The notes under the pieces are model-generated. The model did not search any database. It saw only the letters and a program-made list of their open reading frames with translations, and had not been told where the DNA came from. A stretch of 64,000 bases of DNA from a virus: IMG/VR virus record IMGVR_UViG_3300043427_001796. One strand, given 5' to 3'. Below are positions 28,454 through 37,975 of this stretch, piece by piece. Both the position numbers and the translations under genes were made by a program. How positions within the stretch are numbered: position 1 is the stretch's first letter; each line of letters opens with the position of its first letter.

Positions 28454-31400
28454 TACAACTGCTCCATCACCTGAACTATAAGTATTTCCTAGCAGAAGAT
28501 AAAATTGTTCTGTTCCTCCACCAGCTTTGCCGCATGTAATCGGAATATAACCTGATATAATATCCTGTGGAAGAGGATTACTTACTAGTGCCACTTCATT
28601 TAAGGATCTGTTTGTGTTTAAAGTTATATTGTCGTAAGTTAATCTACCGGGATTGAATGTTCCTGCATTCGCAAGACCACTACTAGTGAATGACAGAACC
28701 ATCTTAACTTCATTTGATGTAGTTAACCCACTTGATGTTGCTGCAAATGGTGGAGAGGTGTCTGTTGGTCTAAAGCACACTTCTTTGTTTTGATTTGGTG
28801 ATGCAGGAGGTGTGAATGTAATTCTAGTTACTACACTATCAACATAACTGATTTCGTTATTTTGAACAGCATTTGAACCACCAGATTCATGTTGTAGAGT
28901 AACTAAAGCTGCAGTGTCTAGGTAGGTTCCAAGAGAACTAGGATTTTCGCTGCCTAGAATTGGGTATTCTACACTAGAAATTCTTACTTCACCTACTAGA
29001 TCATTAACATCATTAGTTGGTGAATTGTATGCTAACGATGGGAATAAGTGTGCGTAGTATCCACTAACAGCAGATCCATTATTACTGAACTCAATTTCTG
29101 AACCGCTTACTCTAAATGTGATTGTATTACTGGTGATGTTTGGATATCCAACTGTATATCTAGCATTATTATTTCCACCATTAATTTGTATTCTGTCTCC
29201 GGCTTCATAATTTTGTCCTGGTTCTGCCATCCAAACATAAGTAATATTTCCAGCAGCTTTATACCATACTTTCATACCGAAACCAGAACCGCTTAATGTG
29301 GTGGTTGTTGCTGGAGTTGGTGATGCACCTACCGGTAACACATTACTAACATAACCACTACCACTGCCGTCTGCTACATTAATAATTGATAGTTTTTGTT
29401 CTATTCTTGCATCAAATACTCCAGTGCAATATCCACCTAGGGCATCGTTGTTTAATCCGAATGTCTGATAGATGAACCAATATTTGTTTAATCCTGGATT
29501 TGCTCCACTGTATAATGTTGTGATTTCAGAATCGTTTACTAATTTTGTTTTCCATAATATTGTATTATTGCTTAGAGCATATGTGGTATCTTTATTACTT
29601 GCAGAATATAATCTTTTAATTATTTGAGTATCGTTAAATGTTCTCGTGATATTAATACTTGGGTTTGTAAATTTATCAGTATATTGTATCTTAGAACTTG
29701 CTGGAAGATCTGCGTGTTTAAATATTTGTCCAGGTTTGATCACATATTCAGGTCTTCCTACAATGAATGTATCATTTAATGCGACAATTTCTAAAGTTAA
29801 ATCATTTCCAGGTTGACCAATATAATTTCCTGCAATGGTAATCAAATCATAATTACTGTATCCAGTTCCTCCATTGACAATTGTAAATGTTAATGCACCA
29901 AATTGATTTCTTGCTACGCTAATTACAGCATTAGATCCACTGGAATTTGTTTGGTATCCTAATGATCCAGTTCCAATAACTTTTGAGAAATTTCCATACG
30001 AACTTCCTGCTTCTGCTAGATTAATTACTGAACCAGATTTTATGGAAAGGGAACTTAATGCTCTTTGACCTAAAGCAAATCCATCTGCATTTGATGCACT
30101 TCCTGTATAGTATCCTCCTTTACCAAATCCAACTAGACCTTTGTGTGGAATAAAATTTAAAGTTGCTGAAGTCGTAGTTGATGTTGGTGTTCTATCAATT
30201 AGTACGGAATCATTTATTGTTACTGATACAACTCTACTACCAATTGGTATTCCTGGTCCTACGACATAGTTTCCTATCTCTATATTTTCAGTTTTGTTTG
30301 GGAGCAGTTGCCCATTCGTTGGGTTGGTGTTTCCTAGAACTATATTTCTAGTCAAACTGGATACATTTCCAGTTCTAATTGTAATTAATTCTTCAGCTGA
30401 GGTTGTTAGTGGTGCTTGGTAATATGAAACTACTGGATTCAGATTAAGAAGTGCTGCATACTTGTCACCAGGACTACCTTCTGCTGACGATGTTGTATCT
30501 CCAACTGCTCTTTTATTGCCTATTCTGCTTCCCCCTGAAGAGATAGAAGAGTCTATAAATTTTTTGAAGTCTCCAATATTATAAAAATCAAAGTATCTAT
30601 CTCCGTAAAGATATTTGTAGTCGAAGTCATATGCAGATGATGTGGTTGTAGTGACATCCGGAGGTCTTCTATCAAAAATAATTTGCTTTATGATTGGACC
30701 ACTGACCTGAATCTCATTCATTTTATCAACAGAATCTTCATCGATAAAGAATGATATCCTAAATTTATATGCTTCGTATGCTACTAAATCTCCTAAGTTA
30801 ATAGTTAATTCTCTATTTGTTCCTATTGTTGCTGTTCCCAACTGTTGATTAGTAACACTATTGAAAATATAATATCCACCAACATCTGTTAGTGTTAATG
30901 TTATATCATTGCCAGTTTGTCCAACTAATGATCCACTTATGGTAAATGTATCTCCAACATTATATCCATCAATGCCACCAGTTGTGGGAAATGTAGATGT
31001 AATAACTAGATTTCCATTTGCAATATCTCTACCAATATTAAAATAAATTCCCGACCCAGTTGTAGTTTGACTCAGAAAAGCAGTTCCTCCTGATCCAAAT
31101 CTTCCATAATTTACACCTTTGTCTGTAGCATTGGTTATGTTTCCTGAAATACTAGCAGATATTGGTATACCAGCATCCGATAACTTAGTTTGGTCAACTA
31201 GAGTTGTCAATCCTTGTGGATTTCTGAAGTCAGTATCATTAAGTTTGAATGTTCCTGTCGATGGATTAAAAGTAAATCCTTTACTTGGTGCTTCTCTGTT
31301 ATCAAACTCTACTTTTACATAACCAGTAGTGTTTATAACCCATGACCAGTTTCCTGTCACTGTTGGTTTAAAATACCCAGTCCATTCTACACCACCGTAT

Positions 31401-31939
31401 GCACTGAGAAGTTTATTTCTAATTTTATTTCCATAATAAAAATCTCCTTCTTCCCAAAAATTATCTACATCAGATGCTAGTTCTATTCCTGTAGCTGGAT
31501 TTGGTATTACTCTACCATCTTCGGTATCGAAAACCTGATTAAATCCTAAGAAATTTGTTGTCGCTCCAGCACCAGATCTAATGATTTGATTGTTGTCGAA
31601 ATATCTAGCGGTTGGTCCATCACCGCCAAGAAAATATGGTTCTGATGTAGTAAAATAAGCTCTATCGAATCTATTTGCTAGGGTAATTAAAGGATCATAG
31701 ACAGTTTGCAATCCGTTTGATCCAGTTACAGTTACAGTTGCATCAGCAGCTGAGTCAAGAGTTCCTGAGGTAACGTTAGTGCTAAACAAACCTCTGATTA
31801 ATTCTAAATCTGCTGATGTAAAACTTTCAGCACCACCTTTAATTCTGTTCAACAGAATGTTTAATGCTACTTCACCAGATGTTAAATCATTGAGATTTTC
31901 GTCTCTAACTGCTCCAAATTTCGCAAAGATCTTTGCCAT
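28445..31939 (-). CDS. Virion structural protein with PA14-like domain
   Basis: GGVEWTGYFKPTVTGNWSW PA14-like motif; late-like CTAAATA upstream on the minus strand (31968-31974). Confidence 0.75.
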   Translation of the reverse strand: MAKIFAKFGAVRDENLNDLTSGEVALNILLNRIKGGAESFTSADLELIRGLFSTNVTSGTLDSAADATVTVTGSNGLQTVYDPLITLANRFDRAYFTTSEPYFLGGDGPTARYFDNNQIIRSGAGATTNFLGFNQVFDTEDGRVIPNPATGIELASDVDNFWEEGDFYYGNKIRNKLLSAYGGVEWTGYFKPTVTGNWSWVINTTGYVKVEFDNREAPSKGFTFNPSTGTFKLNDTDFRNPQGLTTLVDQTKLSDAGIPISASISGNITNATDKGVNYGRFGSGGTAFLSQTTTGSGIYFNIGRDIANGNLVITSTFPTTGGIDGYNVGDTFTISGSLVGQTGNDITLTLTDVGGYYIFNSVTNQQLGTATIGTNRELTINLGDLVAYEAYKFRISFFIDEDSVDKMNEIQVSGPIIKQIIFDRRPPDVTTTTSSAYDFDYKYLYGDRYFDFYNIGDFKKFIDSSISSGGSRIGNKRAVGDTTSSAEGSPGDKYAALLNLNPVVSYYQAPLTTSAEELITIRTGNVSSLTRNIVLGNTNPTNGQLLPNKTENIEIGNYVVGPGIPIGSRVVSVTINDSVLIDRTPTSTTTSATLNFIPHKGLVGFGKGGYYTGSASNADGFALGQRALSSLSIKSGSVINLAEAGSSYGNFSKVIGTGSLGYQTNSSGSNAVISVARNQFGALTFTIVNGGTGYSNYDLITIAGNYIGQPGNDLTLEIVALNDTFIVGRPEYVIKPGQIFKHADLPASSKIQYTDKFTNPSINITRTFNDTQIIKRLYSASNKDTTYALSNNTILWKTKLVNDSEITTLYSGANPGLNKYWFIYQTFGLNNDALGGYCTGVFDARIEQKLSIINVADGSGSGYVSNVLPVGASPTPATTTTLSGSGFGMKVWYKAAGNITYVWMAEPGQNYEAGDRIQINGGNNNARYTVGYPNITSNTITFRVSGSEIEFSNNGSAVSGYYAHLFPSLAYNSPTNDVNDLVGEVRISSVEYPILGSENPSSLGTYLDTAALVTLQHESGGSNAVQNNEISYVDSVVTRITFTPPASPNQNKEVCFRPTDTSPPFAATSSGLTTSNEVKMVLSFTSSGLANAGTFNPGRLTYDNITLNTNRSLNEVALVSNPLPQDIISGYIPITCGKAGGGTEQFYLLLGNTYSSGDGAVVSG

Positions 31940-31981
31940 TTGTATTTTTTACTATTACCCTATTGAGTATTTAGGTATGTC

Positions 31982-32040
31982 GTGCCAGTAAACAAACTGG
32001 CACAAGCCCCCTTTACAATCCAACTCTTCTATCCTATATT
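31982..32040 (+). promoter_or_regulatory. Palindrome GTGCCAGT-N6-ACTGGCAC plus sigma70 promoter of the porin gene
   Basis: Perfect inverted repeat 31982-32003; TTTACA-N17-TATATT. Confidence 0.65.
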
Positions 32041-32106
32041 ACCTATGTTGTGACTCACGCCTCAATTACTCGCAAGAGTCCAATAGTTGTTTAGTACTAC
32101 ACATAT

Positions 32107-33570
32107 ATGAAACTACAATCTCTGATTGTTGCCGGTGCGGTTTCGGTCATTCCTACCGCATCTATGGCAGCAGAACTTAATCTTACTGATGTAAATCAGT
32201 ATGCTTCGTCAGAGCAAGTCACAAGCATCAGTCAATTCTCTGATGTTCAACCTACCGACTGGGCGTATCAGGCACTCAGCAATCTCGTATCCCGTTATGG
32301 TTGCGTTGCTGGTTATCCTAACGGCACCTATGGTGGTGGTAAGGCAATGACTCGTTTTGAGGCAGCAGCACTTCTCAATGCTTGCTTGGATCGTGTAACC
32401 GAAACTACCGATGAACTGCGTAAACTTCTTGTTGAATTTGAACAAGAACTGATTGTTCTCAAGGGTCGTGTGGATGGTTTGGAAGCAAAGGTAGGTCAAC
32501 TTGAGGCAACTCAATTCTCTACCACTACCAAACTGAAGGGTGAAGCAACCTTTGTTCTGGGTGGAGTTCCTGGACTTGAAACTAATGCTGGTGGAAACGT
32601 TGGCAACACCGCATTTAATTATGATGTCCGTCTGAACTTTGACACCAGTTTCAGTGGTAAGGATCTCCTTCGCACTCGTCTGCGTTCTGGTAACTTCAGC
32701 ACTGATCCTTTCAGCACTAGCTCTTCCCTGTTCAAATTGGACAAGGCAGAATCTACTGCTGATCAAGTCGTTCTTGATCGTCTCTACTATCAGTTCCCTG
32801 TGAGTGATAGTGTGACCCTGACTGCTGGTGCTAAGGTCCGTAATACTGAGATGGCATGGGTTCCTTCTGCTTATAAGTCGGAAATCCTTGACTTCTTCCA
32901 AGTTGCTGGTGCTCCTGGTGTCTATAACAAGGCAACTGGTGCTGGTGTTGGTGCTCAGTATGTCGGCAAAGGTGGATTCATTGCTGGTCTAAACTATGTT
33001 GCTCAAGAAGGTGATGATAGCTCCACTGGTGTCTTTGATTCTGATGGTGCTCTGAACTTCCTTGCTCAAGTTGGTTACAAAGGATCTAACTGGGGTGTTG
33101 GTGCTGGTTATCGTTACGGTTCTGAGGGCACCCGTCCTCGCTCCTACAACGGTCTACTAGGTGCCAATGGTGCCCTGGTAGATGGTCAGGAGTCTAATGC
33201 CATTGCTCTTAATGCTTATTGGCAACCTTCTGAATCTGGTTGGGTTCCTTCTGTCAGTGCTGGTTACGGATATAATTTCGTAAGTGGTGCTCCTGGTGCT
33301 ACTGATGCCACTGATTCCGATTCGTGGTTCGTTGGTCTTCAGTGGGCAGATGCTTTTGTTGCTGGTAATACCGCTGGTATTGCTGTCGGTCAAGCACCTT
33401 CTGCTGAAACCGTTGGTGTATCTGATGCTACGATGCTTGAGTTCTTCTACAAGTTCCAAGTTACCGACAACATCAGCATCACTCCCGCTCTGTTCTACGT
33501 TGAAAACAATCAGCGTTACCAGGACAGCAGCAAGTGGGGTGGTGTAATCCAGACCAAGTTCACGTTCTGA
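32107..33570 (+). CDS. som: Cyanobacterial outer-membrane porin (SLH + OprB-type, Som family)
   Basis: Signal peptide; QVTSISQFSDVQPTDWAYQAL SLH domain; coiled coil; QFSTTTKLKGE; C-terminal Phe. Confidence 0.92.
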   Translation: MKLQSLIVAGAVSVIPTASMAAELNLTDVNQYASSEQVTSISQFSDVQPTDWAYQALSNLVSRYGCVAGYPNGTYGGGKAMTRFEAAALLNACLDRVTETTDELRKLLVEFEQELIVLKGRVDGLEAKVGQLEATQFSTTTKLKGEATFVLGGVPGLETNAGGNVGNTAFNYDVRLNFDTSFSGKDLLRTRLRSGNFSTDPFSTSSSLFKLDKAESTADQVVLDRLYYQFPVSDSVTLTAGAKVRNTEMAWVPSAYKSEILDFFQVAGAPGVYNKATGAGVGAQYVGKGGFIAGLNYVAQEGDDSSTGVFDSDGALNFLAQVGYKGSNWGVGAGYRYGSEGTRPRSYNGLLGANGALVDGQESNAIALNAYWQPSESGWVPSVSAGYGYNFVSGAPGATDATDSDSWFVGLQWADAFVAGNTAGIAVGQAPSAETVGVSDATMLEFFYKFQVTDNISITPALFYVENNQRYQDSSKWGGVIQTKFTF

Positions 33571-33576
33571 TAGAAC

Positions 33577-33930
33577 ATGAAAAAACTCTTCAAGAGATCA
33601 ATTGATTTATATATTTCATACTTGAAGAGGATACCAGAGAGACAATACTTTCCAATCTTTGTATTGCTCTCTCTGTATTTCGTAGTTCCGTATAGTGAGT
33701 TTGTAGTCACTGCACTCATACCACTATACTTTCTCTTCGAGAAACAGGTTCGTTGGATCTTTACTAAGATTCCGATGCCGGACTATTTGAGGATAGGTGG
33801 ATCTATTATTTTCTTTTTGGTTATGATTGATGACTACCTATTCTACTTTGCTATCATGGCATTCGCTGCTTGGAGTGCAAAGCAAGTAAGGAAAAGAAAA
33901 CAATTAGAATCTCCTGACAGGGGGGGTTGA
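33577..33930 (+). CDS. Hypothetical membrane protein
   Basis: Several hydrophobic segments. Confidence 0.7.
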   Translation: MKKLFKRSIDLYISYLKRIPERQYFPIFVLLSLYFVVPYSEFVVTALIPLYFLFEKQVRWIFTKIPMPDYLRIGGSIIFFLVMIDDYLFYFAIMAFAAWSAKQVRKRKQLESPDRGG

Positions 33931-33974
33931 CAAGACTCCCCCTTCACCTATATACTATTGTAACACTTCGTAAT
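33927..33974 (+). promoter_or_regulatory. sigma70 promoter of hli/petF with HLR1-like box
   Basis: TTGACA-N18-TATACT; minus-strand ATTACGAA-GT-GTTACAAT at 33957-33974. Confidence 0.6.
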
Positions 33975-33983
33975 AAAACGATA

Positions 33984-34187
33984 ATGACTGTAACGACTAA
34001 TGAACATGGACAAATGAACATGTTCGCCAAAGAACCTGAGATGGTCTATCAGGAATACAATCGCAAAGGTCTGATGACCCCAATGCAAACTACGGAGATG
34101 TATAATGGACGCTGGGCTATGGTCGGTATTATTGCTGGGCTCGTTTCTTATATTGGCACTGGCAAACTCTTTTTCGGCATCTTCTGA
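33984..34187 (+). CDS. hli: High-light-inducible protein
   Basis: EMYNGRWAMVG chlorophyll-binding motif, TGKLFFGIF end. Confidence 0.9.
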   Translation: MTVTTNEHGQMNMFAKEPEMVYQEYNRKGLMTPMQTTEMYNGRWAMVGIIAGLVSYIGTGKLFFGIF

Positions 34188-34200
34188 CAATTGATTGACA

Positions 34201-34287
34201 ATGACTGAAATCCTGTTTACAATTACTGGTGTCAGCTTTTTAGTTTTGCTGGCATACTCTGTAGAAAAACTTTCTGAAACATACTAA
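34201..34287 (+). CDS. Small membrane peptide (28 aa)
   Basis: [28 protein letters not shown]; TAATG coupling to petF. Confidence 0.55.
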   Translation: MTEILFTITGVSFLVLLAYSVEKLSETY

Positions 34288-34577
34288 TGGCATTTAATAT
34301 TACCCTTCAATCACCTGACGGCACTGAACAATCTTTTGAGTGCCCTGATGACCAATACATTCTTGATGCTGCTGACGAGGCAGGAATTGATCTTCCCTAT
34401 TCCTGCCGTGCTGGCGCTTGCTCTACCTGTGCTGGTAAACTTATCAGTGGAACTGTAGATAATAGCGAGCAATCATTCTTGGATGATGAGCAAATGGAAG
34501 AGGGATTCATTCTCACTTGTGTTGCTTATCCTGTTAGCGATTGTGTAATTTTAACTGAACAAGAAGAAAACCTTTAA
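34287..34577 (+). CDS. petF: [2Fe-2S] plant-type ferredoxin
   Basis: [13 protein letters not shown]...LTCVAYP. Confidence 0.97.
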   Translation: MAFNITLQSPDGTEQSFECPDDQYILDAADEAGIDLPYSCRAGACSTCAGKLISGTVDNSEQSFLDDEQMEEGFILTCVAYPVSDCVILTEQEENL

Positions 34578-34596
34578 CTAATTTAGGAGAACTATT

Positions 34597-34716
34597 ATGA
34601 AATTCGGATTCACCCCTGAGGCAGAGATCCTCAATGCTCGTCTGGCAATGCTTGGTTTTGTCATTGCTATCGGCACTTACTTCACCACTGGTCAGATCAT
34701 CCCTGGCGTTTGGTGA
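34597..34716 (+). CDS. hli: High-light-inducible protein (39 aa), not in ORF track
   Basis: MKFGFTPEAEILNARLAMLGFVIAIGTYFTTGQIIPGVW*; AGGAG SD. Confidence 0.92.
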   Translation: MKFGFTPEAEILNARLAMLGFVIAIGTYFTTGQIIPGVW

Positions 34717-34747
34717 TATAAATACAACTGAATATCGTCGGCCGCTT

Positions 34748-34785
34748 AAAGACTTCCCTGCCAAATAACAGGGAGGTCTTTTTTA
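34748..34785. terminator. Rho-independent terminator (possibly bidirectional)
   Basis: AAAGACTTCCCTG-loop-CAGGGAGGTCTTT followed by a T run, between convergent genes. Confidence 0.8.
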
Positions 34786-35952
34786 TTAGAAGGCACTTCT
34801 TACAACACGAATCCAGTTATTGTTTGCTACACAAAAATAAACAAACCCAGTATCCCATCTAACTTCTCCTGCCCTACCAATGGCACCATTTGTAGCAGGA
34901 GCTGCTGCTAAAGAACTATTTTGTGGGTTAGCTGCTGCTGGCATGATTGTAGTCACAGATGAGATTGTTCTTGCCTGTGCTACATCACCTTCCTCTACAA
35001 TCTTCCATCCCTTAGCACCAGTGGTGGCATCATAAATTAATCTTGTATCTGTGAGTGTCACACCCAGACCATTTGTTGTCTGTCTGACTACAATGTTTGC
35101 GTTACCACCAACTGTAAGAACTCCACCTCTGAGATTAAGAGAAGGAGATGGTGTTTCAGATCCAAAAGTTACATCTCCAGTTGTTCTGAGTGTGCTGCTG
35201 ATTTCTGTTGCTGAAGACAGAGTAATTAGTGATCCGGTATCTGTGATATTGCTATTCTGTAAACTGAATGATGTTCCATTCCATTTCAGAACTCTGTTGG
35301 TTGTAAAAGATCCTGAACCATTCAGAGAGAATGCCGATCCAGTTTGAGCAATACCACCACTAGCAAGTGCTGAGTATGTGGAGTTTGTATCTGTATCTGT
35401 GGATGAAATAGTAACTGTTTTTGATACTCCATTCCATGACACTGTAGTAGCACCAGATCCAACGAATCTAATTGTGCTGTCACCATTAGGAACAGGATTA
35501 GTTACAGTATTATTTTCAATATCATATGCTTGTAATTTGATACTGACTTGGTTAACAATTGATGTGCCACTAAATTCATACTTAGTATCAGTATCTAATC
35601 TTCCAATACTATCACCAAGGAAAACTTCTGTGCCATCAATAGTAATAGAATCATTTACCAGAGATGAGTTTGGAATATTTTGTAGAGTATTTGTTCCACC
35701 ATCAATAGTTTTGTTGGTAAGAGTCTGTGTTGTTGCTGTTCTAACTAGGTCTGGAACAACATTTAAAACAAAAGTATTTCCACTGATCCAAGAGAGGTCA
35801 GCACCATCGTATCTTGGAATCTGATTGGTGGCAGTTGGCAATCCATTCTTAAGTTCAATCAGACTATTGGATAGATTCAGATCATCTACACCCTTTAGCT
35901 CTTCTATTCTTGGAATTGCTGTGTTGACAACTAATGGATAGCGACTTGCCAT
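34786..35952 (-). CDS. Tail-fibre-like virion protein
   Basis: QTLTNKTID, IPNSSLVNDSITIDGT and GEVRWDTGFVYFCVANNNW fibre motifs; late promoter on the minus strand near 35981-35988. Confidence 0.75.
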   Translation of the reverse strand: MASRYPLVVNTAIPRIEELKGVDDLNLSNSLIELKNGLPTATNQIPRYDGADLSWISGNTFVLNVVPDLVRTATTQTLTNKTIDGGTNTLQNIPNSSLVNDSITIDGTEVFLGDSIGRLDTDTKYEFSGTSIVNQVSIKLQAYDIENNTVTNPVPNGDSTIRFVGSGATTVSWNGVSKTVTISSTDTDTNSTYSALASGGIAQTGSAFSLNGSGSFTTNRVLKWNGTSFSLQNSNITDTGSLITLSSATEISSTLRTTGDVTFGSETPSPSLNLRGGVLTVGGNANIVVRQTTNGLGVTLTDTRLIYDATTGAKGWKIVEEGDVAQARTISSVTTIMPAAANPQNSSLAAAPATNGAIGRAGEVRWDTGFVYFCVANNNWIRVVRSAF

Positions 35953-36038
35953 TATTATACCTATGTTTTCCTGATAAAACTATTTATTTATCTGGGGTGG
36001 ACACTTGGAGAACAGGCACAAATACCTATCTTTGGGGC

Positions 36039-36104
36039 TTGACAGACCAATTGGTGATGGGGTATACTAAATATTGTTAAGGAATGGAAACATTTCTTCA
36101 CATA
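36039..36104 (+). promoter_or_regulatory. psbA promoter: sigma70 plus late CTAAATA plus HLR1-like repeats / leader hairpin
   Basis: TTGACA-N18-TATACT; CTAAATA 36067-36073; AAGGAATG-GAAA-CATTTCTT hairpin. Confidence 0.65.
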
Positions 36105-36131
36105 CTTTAAACCTTACGAACTTTTAAAACT

Positions 36132-37211
36132 ATGACTGCTACCATCGCTCAACAGCGACAAAGCAATGTTTGGAACGAGTTCTGTGAGTGGGTAACATCT
36201 ACCAACAACCGCCTCTATGTCGGTTGGTTTGGAACCCTGATGATTCCTACCCTTCTCGCTGCTACTATCTGTTTCATTGTTGCTTTTATTGCTGCTCCCC
36301 CCGTTGACATTGACGGGATCCGCGAACCTGTTGCTGGTTCTCTGATGTATGGTAACAACATCATTTCTGGTGCTGTTGTTCCTTCATCCAATGCTATTGG
36401 TCTTCACTTCTATCCCATCTGGGAAGCCAACTCTCTTGATGAATGGCTATATAATGGTGGACCTTTCCAACTGGTCGTCTTCCATTTTCTGATTGGTATC
36501 TATGCCTACATGGGACGCGAATGGGAACTTTCTTACAGACTGGGTATGCGTCCTTGGATTTGTGTTGCTTACAGCGCACCCGTTGCTGCTGCTAGCGCAG
36601 TGTTTCTGGTCTATCCCTTCGGTCAGGGATCCTTCTCTGATGCGATGCCTCTGGGGATTTCGGGAACTTTCAACTACATGCTTGTTTTCCAGGCGGAACA
36701 CAACATTCTTATGCATCCTTTCCACATGCTGGGAGTTGCTGGTGTCTTCGGTGGTTCTCTTTTCTCTGCTATGCACGGATCTCTTGTCACCTCTAGTCTC
36801 GTTCGTGAGACTACAGAAACCGAGTCCCAGAACTATGGATACAAGTTCGGACAAGAAGAAGAGACCTACAACATTGTAGCTGCTCATGGTTACTTCGGTC
36901 GTTTGATCTTCCAATATGCCTCGTTTAATAACTCTCGTAGCCTTCACTTCTTTCTGGCTGCTTGGCCTGTTGTTGGTATCTGGTTCACTGCTCTTGGCGT
37001 GTCTACTATGGCCTTTAACCTTAATGGTTTCAATTTCAACCAGAGTATTGTTGATAGTCAGAACCGTGTCATCCCGACTTGGGCCGATATCCTTAACCGA
37101 GGAGGACTTGGGATGGAAGTTATGCATGAACGAAATGCTCACAACTTCCCCTTGGATCTTGCCACCGCTGAATCCACTCCAGTGGCTCTCACCGCACCGG
37201 CAATCGGTTGA
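36132..37211 (+). CDS. psbA: Photosystem II D1 protein, intronless
   Basis: Canonical D1 sequence (NRLYVGWFG...[13 protein letters not shown]). Confidence 0.99.
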   Translation: MTATIAQQRQSNVWNEFCEWVTSTNNRLYVGWFGTLMIPTLLAATICFIVAFIAAPPVDIDGIREPVAGSLMYGNNIISGAVVPSSNAIGLHFYPIWEANSLDEWLYNGGPFQLVVFHFLIGIYAYMGREWELSYRLGMRPWICVAYSAPVAAASAVFLVYPFGQGSFSDAMPLGISGTFNYMLVFQAEHNILMHPFHMLGVAGVFGGSLFSAMHGSLVTSSLVRETTETESQNYGYKFGQEEETYNIVAAHGYFGRLIFQYASFNNSRSLHFFLAAWPVVGIWFTALGVSTMAFNLNGFNFNQSIVDSQNRVIPTWADILNRGGLGMEVMHERNAHNFPLDLATAESTPVALTAPAIG

Positions 37212-37237
37212 CAAGCAGATTCAAATCTGATATACTG

Positions 37238-37263
37238 AGAGGGTCGCAAGGCCCTCTTTTTTA
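37238..37263 (+). terminator. Rho-independent terminator after psbA
   Basis: AGAGGGTC-GCAA-GGCCCTCT followed by a T run. Confidence 0.85.
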
Positions 37264-37288
37264 TTCTCTAAATATCTTTTTGATCAAA

Positions 37289-37543
37289 ATGAACATTGAA
37301 ATATATACTTCTCCTGGATGCTCTTGGTGCAAAAAAGCCTTAACTCTTATGGAGATGGCTAAGATCACTGACTATAAAAAATATGTTCTTAATGTGGACA
37401 TTACTTCCGATGAAATAAAGAAAAAATTTCCAAACATGGCAGGATATCCTATAATTATAATAGATGATGTTTCATATGATATAATAGAAACAGTAAAATT
37501 GTTTGTAGAAAAGGGTCTAGTATCTTCTAAAAAAAATGAGTGA
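37289..37543 (+). CDS. Glutaredoxin-like protein
   Basis: IYTSPGCSWC, GYPIIII. Confidence 0.8.
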   Translation: MNIEIYTSPGCSWCKKALTLMEMAKITDYKKYVLNVDITSDEIKKKFPNMAGYPIIIIDDVSYDIIETVKLFVEKGLVSSKKNE

Positions 37544-37694
37544 GGATTTACAAATAAATAAAGGTGTGGAGCTCATGCTCAGGAGGTCAGAAAGGGAACC
37601 AGAAAGAAGTGGTCTCAAGGTTAGACAAACATTCACACTTCTGAGTAAAATCATCTCTTTTAGATTAGAGTTTACTTGGGAGGATCGTAAGTAA
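37536..37694 (+). CDS. Small conserved cyanophage protein (52 aa), not in ORF track
   Basis: MSEDLQINKGVELMLRR...FTWEDRK*. Confidence 0.6.
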   Translation: MSEDLQINKGVELMLRRSEREPERSGLKVRQTFTLLSKIISFRLEFTWEDRK

Positions 37695-37710
37695 ACTCCG
37701 GAGAAAGAAA

Positions 37711-37950
37711 ATGGATTCATCTTTAATGCTCTTGTTAACATCCTTTATGGTTCTAGGTTCATTAGTTTTGGGGACAACTATTGGATGGATAGCAAATGAT
37801 GTCTTCGCAATCTATCTCCAGGCACAGCAACCACAAGTTCAAATGCATCCCGAGATGTATGATGACGATGGTGTTATGATTCGTGAAGAGCTTTATTCTG
37901 TTCGCTTTATGGCAGACGAAGATGAGTATGATTACGAAGATGAGGACTAA
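37711..37950 (+). CDS. Hypothetical membrane protein
   Basis: N-terminal TM, HPEMYDDDG motif, acidic tail. Confidence 0.7.
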   Translation: MDSSLMLLLTSFMVLGSLVLGTTIGWIANDVFAIYLQAQQPQVQMHPEMYDDDGVMIREELYSVRFMADEDEYDYEDED

Positions 37951-37975
37951 ATATTAATACACACGATGAACTGAT

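Noticed and set aside
36447-37214. 255-aa antisense ORF over psbA (likewise 42921..43805 over gp32, 32209..32901 over the porin, 49896..50732)
   Set aside because: Shadow frames produced by the codon bias of the sense genes; no recognisable motifs or initiation signals.
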